Shown here piece by piece: positions 52,050-61,989 of a DNA stretch of 64,000 bases; the first letter of the stretch is position 1, and each line of letters begins with the position of its first letter. This DNA is from an uncultured Muribaculaceae bacterium. GTDB taxonomy: Bacteria; Bacillota_I; Bacilli_A; RF39; UBA660. The notes below the pieces were generated by a model. The model worked only from the letters and a program-made list of their open reading frames with translations. It was not told the origin of the DNA and did no database searches. Location of the stretch: assembly GCA_964458035.1 (NCBI GenBank), contig CAYWFZ010000002.1, positions 484 through 64,483 on the forward strand. The letters run 5' to 3'. A program made the translations under genes and the position numbers.

Positions 52050-52769
52050 ATGGAAATTTATAAGATAAATAATATAAATAACTTCTTAAAAGAAGGAAAA
52101 ACAAATGCTGCCGAAATAATTGGATTAAAAGCAACTATTGAAAATTACATAGCTAACTTCTTTGCTCCAAGTTTAAACATAAGATTAGATATGAATCTTA
52201 ATGTACTAGTTCAAGGTGAATATAAAGCTGTTTTCTTTGATCAAATGGCTCTACTTCGCCCATTAGCCGAAATGCTAGATATCAATTTAACATATGTTAA
52301 ACCTGAAGAGTTAATTGACTATTTAACTGTTAGATTACAAAATAAAATAAGTGAATTAAAAAGTATCACAAGAGAAGAAGAACTTATTGTTAAGTTCCCA
52401 CATATAAGTGGTATATATCATACAAAAAAAGAACATATAGAAACATCCGTTGCTCTTGAACAAGGTTGTAAAACAATTAAACCAGCTTTTGAAGCAGAAC
52501 GAGTTAAAGCTAAAAATTTAAAGGATGCAGGTATAACAAGAAATGAACACACAAACAACTTAATTGAAGCTTATTCATTTAGTTTAGCGGGATTCTTATA
52601 CACATACTATTTCGAATTAGAAAGAATCATAAGATATCTTGATTTCTTAAGAAATAATATAAGCCAAGCAATGATGCCAGTATCTTTAACAGACTCTCTT
52701 GATGAAAAAAAGATAAATGAATATATAAAAGGCATTAAAGCAAATCAAAAAGAAAGAGGATTAAAATAA
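52050..52769 (+). CDS. Hypothetical protein
   Basis: 239-aa ORF with a GGGGA RBS. No motif recognised. Confidence 0.5.
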   Translation: MEIYKINNINNFLKEGKTNAAEIIGLKATIENYIANFFAPSLNIRLDMNLNVLVQGEYKAVFFDQMALLRPLAEMLDINLTYVKPEELIDYLTVRLQNKISELKSITREEELIVKFPHISGIYHTKKEHIETSVALEQGCKTIKPAFEAERVKAKNLKDAGITRNEHTNNLIEAYSFSLAGFLYTYYFELERIIRYLDFLRNNISQAMMPVSLTDSLDEKKINEYIKGIKANQKERGLK

Positions 52770-52779
52770 TCCTCTTTTT
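52754..52779. terminator. Bidirectional terminator
   Basis: AAGAGGATTA (52754-52763) / TAATCCTCTT (52767-52776), then a T-run. Lies between convergent genes. Confidence 0.6.
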
Positions 52780-52782
52780 CTA

Positions 52783-53775
52783 TTAAAAGAAATCATACAT
52801 ATCTAATTTGCGTCTCTTTAATACCTCTTCATTTGCAGTAATAATAGCTTTTCCTTTACAACAATATACATCATCAATTAAAAATCCTTCTTTTTCACTA
52901 AATATTTGAGGATATTTAGATTTATCATGATAAACATCATCACTGATATTTCTTGAACCCTGTAAATAACCAGCAACTAATACTCCACCATCAGTTAAAT
53001 GTGGTTTTATCTCATCCACCACATATTTTTTAAATGTCTCAAGACGCATTCTAAGCCTTTTTTTATCGATAAATGTTGAAGTAAATTCAAATATGTTAGA
53101 TAAATACATAAAATAATATTCATCTAAACACTCACCTAAATCCATGACATCTTTATCTAAAAATCTAACATGTAAATTCTCTGTATCGACTAAAGCTTCA
53201 TCTAAAGCATCTATATAATAACCTAAATAAGAATCCCCATTTCCTACTGTGCTGTTTTGCACTGGGAAATGAAATAAACTATCAAATTGTTGAAATAATA
53301 TAGAAGACTTTGCATTAGTTATTTTAAGTCCTTGCTTTTGCATTATTTTATAAATAGATTCAAAATAATATAAAGTTTCGGGACTTAAAAAATTTCTACA
53401 TTCTTTAAAAATATCATAAGAAAGAATTTCATCACCACAATGATCTCCCGCAAGAAATTTTAAAAACATCTCTTTTCCCAAATGTGACTTCCAAAAGGCA
53501 AGTTTCAATTCAGCTACTCTTTTTGATAAAACATTAGTGTCAAAACAAGTAATATCACGAGCGCCATTCACGATTAAATCAAGTAAAAAGTCTCCACTAC
53601 CAGTAACAGTTAAAACGGACTTCCCATTAATATAATCTTGATAACTGTGAAACAGACTACACGCATCTTCTGTATTAAAAGGATAAACTGGTGCAACACC
53701 TTCAAATTCTTTTACTCCCTTATAGTCGCCTTCTATTAATTTTATTGACTTTTCTATCTCTTCTTCTACTGTCAT
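52783..53775 (-). CDS. Class I SAM-dependent methyltransferase-fold protein (DUF3419/BtaA-like?)
   Basis: 330 aa. 'VLTVTGSGDFLLDLIVNGARDITCFDTN' is a Rossmann SAM-binding-like motif. The family assignment is tentative. Confidence 0.4.
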   Translation of the reverse strand: MTVEEEIEKSIKLIEGDYKGVKEFEGVAPVYPFNTEDACSLFHSYQDYINGKSVLTVTGSGDFLLDLIVNGARDITCFDTNVLSKRVAELKLAFWKSHLGKEMFLKFLAGDHCGDEILSYDIFKECRNFLSPETLYYFESIYKIMQKQGLKITNAKSSILFQQFDSLFHFPVQNSTVGNGDSYLGYYIDALDEALVDTENLHVRFLDKDVMDLGECLDEYYFMYLSNIFEFTSTFIDKKRLRMRLETFKKYVVDEIKPHLTDGGVLVAGYLQGSRNISDDVYHDKSKYPQIFSEKEGFLIDDVYCCKGKAIITANEEVLKRRKLDMYDFF

Positions 53776-53825
53776 AAATGCACCTCACAAATTAATGTAT
53801 ATTCTAAAACAAATAATCTATATAA

Positions 53826-54332
53826 TCAATATAATTTTTTTCTGAAATATCCATTAAAAGCTACCTTAGCATCATTAACAACAATAAAAGAATCTTTATC
53901 TAATGATCTAATTAATTTAATACACTCTCTATATCTTTTTTTACTAATACTCAAATAAAGTATTTTTTTATTATCAATAGTTTTAAGAACAGATACCCCA
54001 AAATTACTACTTCTAATAGTTAAAATGTCTTTTGTGTCTATTGATGATGAAATAACTTGAATGTTATAAATACCATCTATTAAAATCTCATTTACAAGTG
54101 TACCTAAGTAAGTCCCAGTTGCATATCCTAAAGAATAGAATATCGCGATAAGAAAACTATTATCATAATTGACTAAAGCAGCTCTAGCCGCATAAAACCA
54201 AATTAGCACCTCAACAAAAGCTATTATCGAAGAAACTACTTTGTTTCCTTTAACGACAAACATTGTTCTTAATGTTCCTAAAGTAACATCTATTATTCTC
54301 GATATAAATATATTAAAACAAGCAAGTACCAT
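53826..54332 (-). CDS. UPF0316/DUF2179 family membrane protein
   Basis: 168 aa. 'ISRIIDVTLGTLRTMFVVKGNK...' N-terminal TM region plus a C-terminal DUF2179-like domain. Confidence 0.6.
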   Translation of the reverse strand: MVLACFNIFISRIIDVTLGTLRTMFVVKGNKVVSSIIAFVEVLIWFYAARAALVNYDNSFLIAIFYSLGYATGTYLGTLVNEILIDGIYNIQVISSSIDTKDILTIRSSNFGVSVLKTIDNKKILYLSISKKRYRECIKLIRSLDKDSFIVVNDAKVAFNGYFRKKLY

Positions 54333-54397
54333 ACCATCACCATTATTATTATGTACCCAAATAAGAAAAATACATATACTATCTTAGGAGGTACGAT

Positions 54398-54793
54398 ATG
54401 TTATTTGAATTTGATACAAACATCTTTGATATAAAAAATACAAAAGAGATATATGACCCAAAAGAAGGGCTAACTAAAGGAAATATGTTCCCAGATCTTT
54501 ATAGTCAATATAAAAACTATGAACCAGAGGTATTTATACCAAAAAATGAAAGAGAAGCATTGCTAGACAAAATATATATGTTATGTTTTGCCATAAATGA
54601 TTTAAATTTATACTTAGATATGCATCCAAATGATGAGCCGGCTTATAATTTATTCAAAAAATATTGCTTAATGTATGAAAAATGTACTCATGAATATGAA
54701 AATAAATATCAAGTATTAGAACTTAATCATGATACTTTAGGCACATACACTTGGACAAGTAATCCATGGCCATGGGAGGGACAGAATGTTTAA
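54398..54793 (+). CDS. Spore coat protein CotJB with an N-terminal CotJA-like segment
   Basis: 131 aa. 'IYDPKEGLTKGNMFPDLYSQY' is CotJA-like. 'FAINDLNLYLDMHPNDEPAYNLFKKY' is the CotJB signature. Confidence 0.7.
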   Translation: MLFEFDTNIFDIKNTKEIYDPKEGLTKGNMFPDLYSQYKNYEPEVFIPKNEREALLDKIYMLCFAINDLNLYLDMHPNDEPAYNLFKKYCLMYEKCTHEYENKYQVLELNHDTLGTYTWTSNPWPWEGQNV

Positions 54794-55343
54794 ATATGAT
54801 AAAAAATTGCCATATCCTATTAATATTAAGAAAAAGGATTTAAAGATGGCTAAAGCTATTTTAACTATGTTAGGTGGTTCTAACTCAGAACTTGCTGCAG
54901 CACTAAGATATTACTCACAAAAATTCACTATGCCTGACGAATATGGTTCTGCACTTTTAAATGACATTGCAACAGAAGAATTAGGTCACATTGAAATGAT
55001 TGCTACAATGGTTACAATGTTGACTAAAGGTGCAACTATCGATGAAATTAAAGAATATGGACTTGAAGACTACTACAGTGAACATGGCTTATCAATTTAC
55101 CCAGTAAATGCATCGGGTTCTCCATTTACTATAACGTTCGTTGCAGTTACTGGAGACCCTATTGCTGATATAAGTGAAGACATGGCAGCTGAACAAAAAG
55201 CAAGAGCAGTATATGAAAATTTAATTGATTTAGCAACAGATAAAGAAGTAATTAATCCACTACTTTTCTTACGTCAGCGAGAGATTGTTCACTTTAATAG
55301 ATTTAAAGAATTATACGATTTATATAAAGAAATGGGCTATTAA
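54786..55343 (+). CDS. cotJC: Spore coat protein CotJC (manganese catalase family)
   Basis: 185 aa. 'GGSNSELAAALRYYSQ...ATEELGHIEMIATMV...AAEQKARAVYE'. 8-nt overlap with the upstream gene. Confidence 0.85.
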   Translation: MFKYDKKLPYPINIKKKDLKMAKAILTMLGGSNSELAAALRYYSQKFTMPDEYGSALLNDIATEELGHIEMIATMVTMLTKGATIDEIKEYGLEDYYSEHGLSIYPVNASGSPFTITFVAVTGDPIADISEDMAAEQKARAVYENLIDLATDKEVINPLLFLRQREIVHFNRFKELYDLYKEMGY

Positions 55344-55356
55344 AAGCCCTTTTTCT
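55334..55356 (+). terminator. Terminator of the cotJ operon
   Basis: GGGCT (55334-55338) / AGCCC (55345-55349), then TTTTT. Confidence 0.5.
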
Positions 55357-55412
55357 ATTGAATAATAACTTGTTTACATATATAATAAATTAAAAAAATT
55401 AAAGGAGAAATT

Positions 55413-56399
55413 ATGGATAGTATTAATAAAGACCCATTTGCAACAGTAATAAACTACAAACCAACAAGTGATGATATAACAGTGTTAGAAGTTATTAATC
55501 GTGCCATATGCTATAAAAATGAAAAAAACGAAAAAAACAGAACTTTTTTAAATAGCATCATAGAAAAGAGTAACATTGATGATAACTTAAAGATGCGATT
55601 ATGTTATATAATTAATTTTCTTTCAATATCATGCAAAGAAACTGATGAATCCTACTCTCTTACACTTGAATCGACGCAAACTGGATTAAGTATATACTTA
55701 GTATTTGAATTAAAAAAGAATTGGTCATCTCCAAAAATAAAGTTATCCTGTGAAACAAATGAATTAGAAAGTATTATTGCAGAAATATTCTCTTCCAATG
55801 CATCGATTGAAGAATTTACAGATATATGTAACTTTAATCTTCTTTATAACTATGACAAAGATTATACTATTAAAGTAAATTCACTACCAGTTGAAATAAA
55901 ACTAGAAAAAAATAAAATAAGTATGAAAGAAAAAGAAGCATATAGATTTAATGAAGGTATATTTGATTTGTATCCTGGGAGCCATTCAATAACTCTACAT
56001 GATATTTATGGTAGTGACAATGAAGAAACACTAATAGCGATAAGAGGAAATTTACTTTTCTTTCTAAGTAATAGTTATGTTAAAAAAAGTGATGTTCCTC
56101 CTCAATTAATGAGTTACGATTGTACTAACATAGATGAGGCGAAAGAACTATTTGGCTCTGTAAATTATTATCACGATTATGAAGATAATGAACTTGATCA
56201 AAAATACTTTATAGAAGTTAATCTAGAATTAAAAGAACTAAAAGGAATAAGAAGGTTTAATCTAATTGAAAATAACTTCTACAAAATTTATTTTAACGAT
56301 GGAAGCACACTTGAAGTTCCAACAAATAAAATTTTTAAAATAGGTAAAAAACCTAACCAAAAAGAAACACTTGCTGAAAAAGCACTTGGATTAAAATAA
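55413..56399 (+). CDS. Hypothetical protein
   Basis: 328-aa ORF with an AAGGAGAA RBS. No motif recognised. Confidence 0.5.
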   Translation: MDSINKDPFATVINYKPTSDDITVLEVINRAICYKNEKNEKNRTFLNSIIEKSNIDDNLKMRLCYIINFLSISCKETDESYSLTLESTQTGLSIYLVFELKKNWSSPKIKLSCETNELESIIAEIFSSNASIEEFTDICNFNLLYNYDKDYTIKVNSLPVEIKLEKNKISMKEKEAYRFNEGIFDLYPGSHSITLHDIYGSDNEETLIAIRGNLLFFLSNSYVKKSDVPPQLMSYDCTNIDEAKELFGSVNYYHDYEDNELDQKYFIEVNLELKELKGIRRFNLIENNFYKIYFNDGSTLEVPTNKIFKIGKKPNQKETLAEKALGLK

Positions 56400-56431
56400 A
56401 AATAATTGGATATTCTCCAATTATTTTTTTG
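56398..56431. terminator. Bidirectional terminator
   Basis: AATAATTGGA (56401-56410) / TCCAATTATT (56416-56425), then a T-run. Confidence 0.7.
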
Positions 56432-56894
56432 TAAAAACTAATAATTTACTTAATATATAATTAGCAATAGTTACAACTACTTGACTAACTACTTTACCTA
56501 TTACATCACTTAATCCCATAAGTGAAACTATTACAAACATGATAGCCATATCCATTAGTAAACTTGCAACTCTTGATCCAACAAACTTAGATAATTCACT
56601 GAAGATTTTTTTATTCTTGCTCTTAAACACAAATATACGATTTGTAACATAAGCAAACGCTACTGCAAATACCCAAGAAATAATATTAGCTATTTGTAGT
56701 TCAAGTTCAATAGTTGGATCAAGTATTGTTCTTGTTGCAATAAAATATGTAACTAAACTAACAACTGTAGTAAGAAGTCCAACTATTAAATAATTCCATA
56801 TTTCTGGATTCTTATAATATATTCCCCAGCCCCAGTTCCAAAACTTAACAAAAGGATTTTTATCATGTCCTTTAATAATTAACTTTTTTTCCAT
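56421..56894 (-). CDS. GtrA family membrane protein
   Basis: 157 aa with 4 TM helices. 'VGLLTTVVSLVTYF...TNRIFVFKS' is the GtrA-like pattern. Confidence 0.7.
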   Translation of the reverse strand: MEKKLIIKGHDKNPFVKFWNWGWGIYYKNPEIWNYLIVGLLTTVVSLVTYFIATRTILDPTIELELQIANIISWVFAVAFAYVTNRIFVFKSKNKKIFSELSKFVGSRVASLLMDMAIMFVIVSLMGLSDVIGKVVSQVVVTIANYILSKLLVFTKK

Positions 56895-56918
56895 AATCTT
56901 AACCTCTAACTAATTATA

Positions 56919-56947
56919 TCAAAAATAAAAGGAATTATAAATTCCTT
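56919..56947 (-). terminator. Terminator after the P-type ATPase gene
   Basis: AAAGGAATT (56927-56935) / AATTCCTTT (56939-56947). U-run on the minus strand. Confidence 0.6.
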
Positions 56948-56961
56948 TCAATTATTTAATA

Positions 56962-59484
56962 TCAAGTTCTTTTATTAATTATTAGTTTCTTTATCATATC
57001 TACTGGAACAACACTAAAACCTAAAAGTAAAATAAATATAAACTCTTTTGGTAAAAGACCATAAGTTCTAAATAAACTACCACCAAAATATATTAAATAT
57101 ATTTGGGCTAAAAATATTCCACCAATAATAACTAAGAACACTTTATTTTTTAAAATACCAGAAAATATATTTATTCTTGTAGTTCTTGCATTAAAAGCAT
57201 TAAAAATACTTAAGAATATGAATAATGAAAAGAAAGCTGTCATATAGTACATCTCATCACTTCTAATAAATAACTTAAATACATCGAGTTTTAAAAACAA
57301 TACAAGTAAAATGGTAGAATAAAGACCAATTAATATAATAGTTCGATACATATATTTATTTAGTATATTTTCACTTTTTTCAACTGGACGTTCATTCATA
57401 TATCTTTTTAAAGGAGCTTCATAAGAATAAGCAAGACCAGCAAAAGTATCCATAATCATATTAATCCATAACATTTGCATTACAGTAACAGGAGTTGTAA
57501 CGCCAATAAAAGGTCCAACTAAAGATAAAAACAAGGCACAGATATTCATCGTAAGCTGAAATATAATAAATTTTCTAATTGATTTAAAAATAGTTCTTCC
57601 ATAAAGAATGGCATTTGCTATACTTGATATATTATCATCAAGTATTACTATGTCAGCAGCGTACTTAGCAACCTCTGTTCCTGACCCCATTGCAAAACCA
57701 ACATTTGATTTTTTTAAAGCCGGCGCATCATTTACTCCATCGCCTGTCATACCAACGACAATATCATTTTTTTCAAGTACTGATGATATTCTACTTTTAT
57801 CCTTTGGAAGTGCACGAGCTATTACCTTAATATTAGAATAATTTCTGACTATAAAATCATCATCAATTTTCTCTAAATCATCGTGGGTTAAAACAAGGGA
57901 ATTAGAATCAAGCATATCAAGTTCACTTGCTATACACTTAGCAGTATTAACATCATCTCCCGTTATCATTATTAAATCTATTCCTGCATTTTTTATTTCT
58001 TTTATAGCGGATGGAGCCTCACTTCTAATATCATCCCTAATTAAAATAAAACCGAGTAGTATATTATTATAAACATCACATATTACTCGTATACCTCTCT
58101 TAGTATAATTAAGTATTATATCATTAACATGTTTTTTATCTGTTAAGTATCTTCTATCACCATTTTTATCCATAAAGAAGCGACACTTAGAAAGCAATAC
58201 TTCACTAGCACCCTTATAATACTCACATCCATTACTTAATTTAACATAAGAGTATTTTATTGACGAGTTAAAGTTAGTCTTTTTATCGACATTAAGTTTC
58301 TTTTCATGTTTACCAACAAAAGTTAGTATTGCTTTATCAGTTGCATTACCAGAACTTATTTTATTTTCTTCAAAATAAGAATCATTATTATAAAGCAAAG
58401 ATTCACTAAATCTTTCCCGAACATCACTCTTCATCTCTGATAAATTATTATAATGCGTATCTTCTGCATCAACTACTCCAATTACACTTAGCTTACCCTT
58501 AGTTAAAGTACCAGTCTTGTCAGTAAGTAAAACTTTGATTGACCCACTTGTTTCAATACCAACAGGTTTTCTTACTAAAACATTACTTTTTAACATTCTT
58601 TTCATATTTGATGAAAGCACTAAAGCAAGCATCATTGGTAATCCTTCTGGAACACATACAATGATAATCGTAACAGCTAATGTAACTGTGTGGATTATAA
58701 TATCTATTACTTCTCTTGGATTAGATAAAATATCCAAAATAATATTCATATCAAAATTATTACTGATAAATAAAACATTGAATACATAAGATAAAGATGC
58801 AAGTATTGCCCCAATATAACCAATTCTAGAAACTACTTTAGCTAGTTTCCTTAAACGTATTTTCATTGGTGAATCAGGTACTTTTTCACTTAGTTCCTTA
58901 GCAATATTTCCATATATTGTATTAACTCCAACATTTTTTACTTTCATGATACATTTGTCACTTAATATGACACTGCCCTTAAATAACTTAGACTTTACCC
59001 CTTTTCTTACCTCTTTTGCTTCCCCATTAATACTTGCTTCATCTACTCCAGCTTCTCCTGATACAACTACCCCATCAGCTGGTACTAGCTCACCTGACTC
59101 CAAATATACTAAATCATTAACTACTAAATCATCAGATTTTATAGAAGTTAATTCACCATTTCTTTTTACTCTAACAAGTGTATTTTCATATTCACTTTGA
59201 AGTCTAGAAAAAGCTTTATTAGATCCATACTCGCTTAATGAAGAAATAAGAGATGATAAAAGTATTGATATTAACATACCAAGTGTCTCATACCAATCTG
59301 CATCACTAAACATAAGTACAAACCTTATAGCTAAAGCAATAAGCATAATTTTAATAATTGGATCTCCTAAGGCATCTATAAACAACTTAATAAACTTGTT
59401 TTCATTCTTTAAATTAACATTATTACTTCCATACTTTTTTCTTGATTCAACTACTTCTTCATCTGTTAAGCCATTCAAGTTCAA
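56962..59484 (-). CDS. P-type cation (Ca2+-type, P2) transporting ATPase
   Basis: 840 aa. 'DKTGTLT', 'MITGDD', 'TGDGVNDAPALKK', the 'VPEGLP' TM4 motif, and about 10 TM helices. Confidence 0.9.
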   Translation of the reverse strand: MNLNGLTDEEVVESRKKYGSNNVNLKNENKFIKLFIDALGDPIIKIMLIALAIRFVLMFSDADWYETLGMLISILLSSLISSLSEYGSNKAFSRLQSEYENTLVRVKRNGELTSIKSDDLVVNDLVYLESGELVPADGVVVSGEAGVDEASINGEAKEVRKGVKSKLFKGSVILSDKCIMKVKNVGVNTIYGNIAKELSEKVPDSPMKIRLRKLAKVVSRIGYIGAILASLSYVFNVLFISNNFDMNIILDILSNPREVIDIIIHTVTLAVTIIIVCVPEGLPMMLALVLSSNMKRMLKSNVLVRKPVGIETSGSIKVLLTDKTGTLTKGKLSVIGVVDAEDTHYNNLSEMKSDVRERFSESLLYNNDSYFEENKISSGNATDKAILTFVGKHEKKLNVDKKTNFNSSIKYSYVKLSNGCEYYKGASEVLLSKCRFFMDKNGDRRYLTDKKHVNDIILNYTKRGIRVICDVYNNILLGFILIRDDIRSEAPSAIKEIKNAGIDLIMITGDDVNTAKCIASELDMLDSNSLVLTHDDLEKIDDDFIVRNYSNIKVIARALPKDKSRISSVLEKNDIVVGMTGDGVNDAPALKKSNVGFAMGSGTEVAKYAADIVILDDNISSIANAILYGRTIFKSIRKFIIFQLTMNICALFLSLVGPFIGVTTPVTVMQMLWINMIMDTFAGLAYSYEAPLKRYMNERPVEKSENILNKYMYRTIILIGLYSTILLVLFLKLDVFKLFIRSDEMYYMTAFFSLFIFLSIFNAFNARTTRINIFSGILKNKVFLVIIGGIFLAQIYLIYFGGSLFRTYGLLPKEFIFILLLGFSVVPVDMIKKLIINKRT

Positions 59485-59538
59485 ATCACCTTTTTCTTTC
59501 TTAATAAATCTATATGTTTAAAACTACGCATTTATTAA

Positions 59539-59566
59539 CAAAAGAAAAAGACTTAACTTAAGTCTT
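59539..59566 (-). terminator. Terminator after the 626-aa gene
   Basis: AAGACTTA (59548-59555) / TAAGTCTT (59559-59566). On the minus strand it is followed by a U-run. Confidence 0.55.
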
Positions 59567-61438
59567 CTTAACAAAATAGATACTAGGTCCTAGATAATGA
59601 TTTGCTTTATAATTCTTCGGAATATACAACTGTTTAGCATCATTACTTATAATATTAGAAACTTTATTGTCATCTCTTGCTGTTATATAGTCAACTTCAT
59701 ATTCTTCTCCGTCAGCTGTTATAAATCTAAATTCATAAGGTTTTTCGGCATAGATATTTTTTATAACTACATATGCATTTTCTGTAACTTGATAACTAGT
59801 TTCTTCACCCGTTAAAACATTTTTCATAAATAATGTTCCACTACCTTGATTAACACTATTAATCTTCGAATATACTTCTATCGTATAATTAGGTTCAAGC
59901 GTCATAATTATCTTTTCTTTATTATCACCTAGATCTTCTTTTTTAGTGTTTATAACTTCATAATTATCAACAATAAATTCTTCTACTCTAAAATGTGGTA
60001 TTGCTAAATCACTTTCAGAAGAGGCATAATTTACTTTTCCATCTTTATAAACTATATATTTCTTTACTCCTGTTAAATTATTACCAGATGCATCATAAAA
60101 TTCAAAGTTAGTTAACTTATAATCTCTTTTTAACTCTAATACGGTAGATAAATCATGATAAGAAAATCTAGCATTAGTATAACTCTTTTTAATTTCTTCC
60201 CACCATCCATATAAAATATCAAATGGTCTATCTTCTTCCCACATCGATATAGTTGTAGGTATACTTGCATTTGGTCTTTGAAATTCTGCAATTGATTCAA
60301 TTTCTACCCCAACATCACTAGCCAAATCTAACTCATACTGAATGTTCTTAAGCATCGCTCCCTTATAATAATTCATAATACTTACTCTATCTGAATTAGC
60401 AAATATTTTTCTTAAATAACCTTCGATTAATACCTTTTCATCAGTAGTAAATTTATCCCCTTCTAAGTAAGATTCATTGTACCAATAAGGTAAAACATTA
60501 ACTATACGCAAATTAGCTGATGCCGCATAAGTATATATTTGTTCAAGTGTATTAGAATAATCTGCTAAAACACCTAATATATTAGCATCATACCCATCTA
60601 TAACATAAGGTTCAATATCTAAAACAAGACCTTTAATCTTTTCATTTTCTAAAGCACCGTTGTTATAATCAATTACTAAATCCACTTTTTCTTTTAAAAC
60701 TTCATAGTTATTATAATATTCTGGTCTCCCTTCTAAACTATATGTATCAATTCCTACACTATTTAAAGAAGATACAACATTTTTTAATTGTTCTGTTGGT
60801 AATGAATGTGTATGAATTGATTGATAAAGAGATGTAACATTAAGTTCTTCTAATAAATCAATCGTTTCATCAAAATTAGATGGATTTAAAGCAATAGTTT
60901 CCCAACTGTAAATAGAATTATTTACGAGTTCAACTTCTTCGTTAATAGATTCAACTGTCTTATCTTTAGCTGTTACTACTAAATTACAAACTATACTTTC
61001 ATTTATATCTTCTACCATTGCTCTAGTTAATGTTACTTTTATACTACCACTTTCAGTATGCAAAGCCTTAACTAAACTAGGATAATCATATGTAACTTCA
61101 TAATATTCTTTAAAGCTACCATTAATAACACAGTTAGTTTGAATCTCTGCATCATAATTTTTAGAGTTATTACTTACATCAAATCTAAGTACTGAATAAT
61201 CTCCTACACTCTTTAAAACTGATGTGCTAAACTCAATATTTTTACCCTCATTTGTAATAATAGATGAGCTTAAATCAACTCCATCTACTACTGCTTTAGT
61301 AAACTTAATATCAAAATTACCTTCACCAATACCAATTCCACCATTAATCACGAGTGTTGATGAAACAGCAGCAAAACCTATCACGATAAATAAAACTATT
61401 AGAGATATAAGTGTTTTCTTCTTCAAATTCATCGCCAC
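59558..61438 (-). CDS. Secreted/anchored large protein, unknown function (possible TIM-barrel glycosidase-like central domain)
   Basis: 626 aa with an N-terminal TM/signal 'LISLIVLFIVIGFAAVS'. 'GLVLDIEPY' hints weakly at a GH-like barrel. Confidence 0.45.
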   Translation of the reverse strand: MAMNLKKKTLISLIVLFIVIGFAAVSSTLVINGGIGIGEGNFDIKFTKAVVDGVDLSSSIITNEGKNIEFSTSVLKSVGDYSVLRFDVSNNSKNYDAEIQTNCVINGSFKEYYEVTYDYPSLVKALHTESGSIKVTLTRAMVEDINESIVCNLVVTAKDKTVESINEEVELVNNSIYSWETIALNPSNFDETIDLLEELNVTSLYQSIHTHSLPTEQLKNVVSSLNSVGIDTYSLEGRPEYYNNYEVLKEKVDLVIDYNNGALENEKIKGLVLDIEPYVIDGYDANILGVLADYSNTLEQIYTYAASANLRIVNVLPYWYNESYLEGDKFTTDEKVLIEGYLRKIFANSDRVSIMNYYKGAMLKNIQYELDLASDVGVEIESIAEFQRPNASIPTTISMWEEDRPFDILYGWWEEIKKSYTNARFSYHDLSTVLELKRDYKLTNFEFYDASGNNLTGVKKYIVYKDGKVNYASSESDLAIPHFRVEEFIVDNYEVINTKKEDLGDNKEKIIMTLEPNYTIEVYSKINSVNQGSGTLFMKNVLTGEETSYQVTENAYVVIKNIYAEKPYEFRFITADGEEYEVDYITARDDNKVSNIISNDAKQLYIPKNYKANHYLGPSIYFVKKT

Positions 61439-61476
61439 CTATCGTATTATAATTATAGCATATCAAGTATCAATTA

Positions 61477-61506
61477 CAAAAGAAAAAGACTTAAACTTAA
61501 GTCTTT
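61477..61506 (-). terminator. Terminator after the bPH-domain gene
   Basis: AAAGACTTA (61485-61493) / TAAGTCTTT (61498-61506). Nearly identical to the hairpin at 59539-59566. Confidence 0.6.
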
Positions 61507-61940
61507 TATACTTTATCTATATAGTTAATTCCTCTTTCAACTACATCTGCTTCAATATAATCACGTAATAGTTTTCTTACTTCTCCACACTTTTTAATAT
61601 TTTTTATTTCAATTACCCTTCCAGCTTGATAAGATCTAGAGTGACTATCAACTTTAACTGTAATAGTTCCAACTCCAAACATTCTTTGCCACAAAGTTTC
61701 TCTCATATCAGGGTCTTTTAATAAATATAGTTCAACTGTATCTGTATGTCTGCTAAAAAATCCCTTTGTTATTAAAAGTTCATCTTTACTTATTTGATAC
61801 TTAGTAAAATTCATATGAAGCGTTGTAAGTATTGTTCCTAAAAATCCAGCAGGTTGTCCTTCCCAAGCAAAACCAAAGTCAGGATTCTCAACAGTTGTGC
61901 TTCTCTTTTCATCTATTATTGTTTGTTTATCTTTTCCCAT
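61506..61940 (-). CDS. Bacterial PH (bPH_2/YdbT-like) domain protein
   Basis: 144 aa. 'YQISKDELLITKGFFSRHTDTVELYLLKDPDMRETLWQRMFGVGTITV'. Confidence 0.6.
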   Translation of the reverse strand: MGKDKQTIIDEKRSTTVENPDFGFAWEGQPAGFLGTILTTLHMNFTKYQISKDELLITKGFFSRHTDTVELYLLKDPDMRETLWQRMFGVGTITVKVDSHSRSYQAGRVIEIKNIKKCGEVRKLLRDYIEADVVERGINYIDKV

Positions 61941-61989
61941 AACATCGACCTCATATTTATTTTATCATAATATAGTTCGTACTAAAACA

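Noticed and set aside
54333-54397. Sigma-E-type sporulation promoter upstream of cotJ (CATATACT at 54373-54380)
   Set aside because: The -10-like element is only about 18 nt from the ATG, so transcription would start inside the RBS. I found no convincing -35 element. I did not call it.
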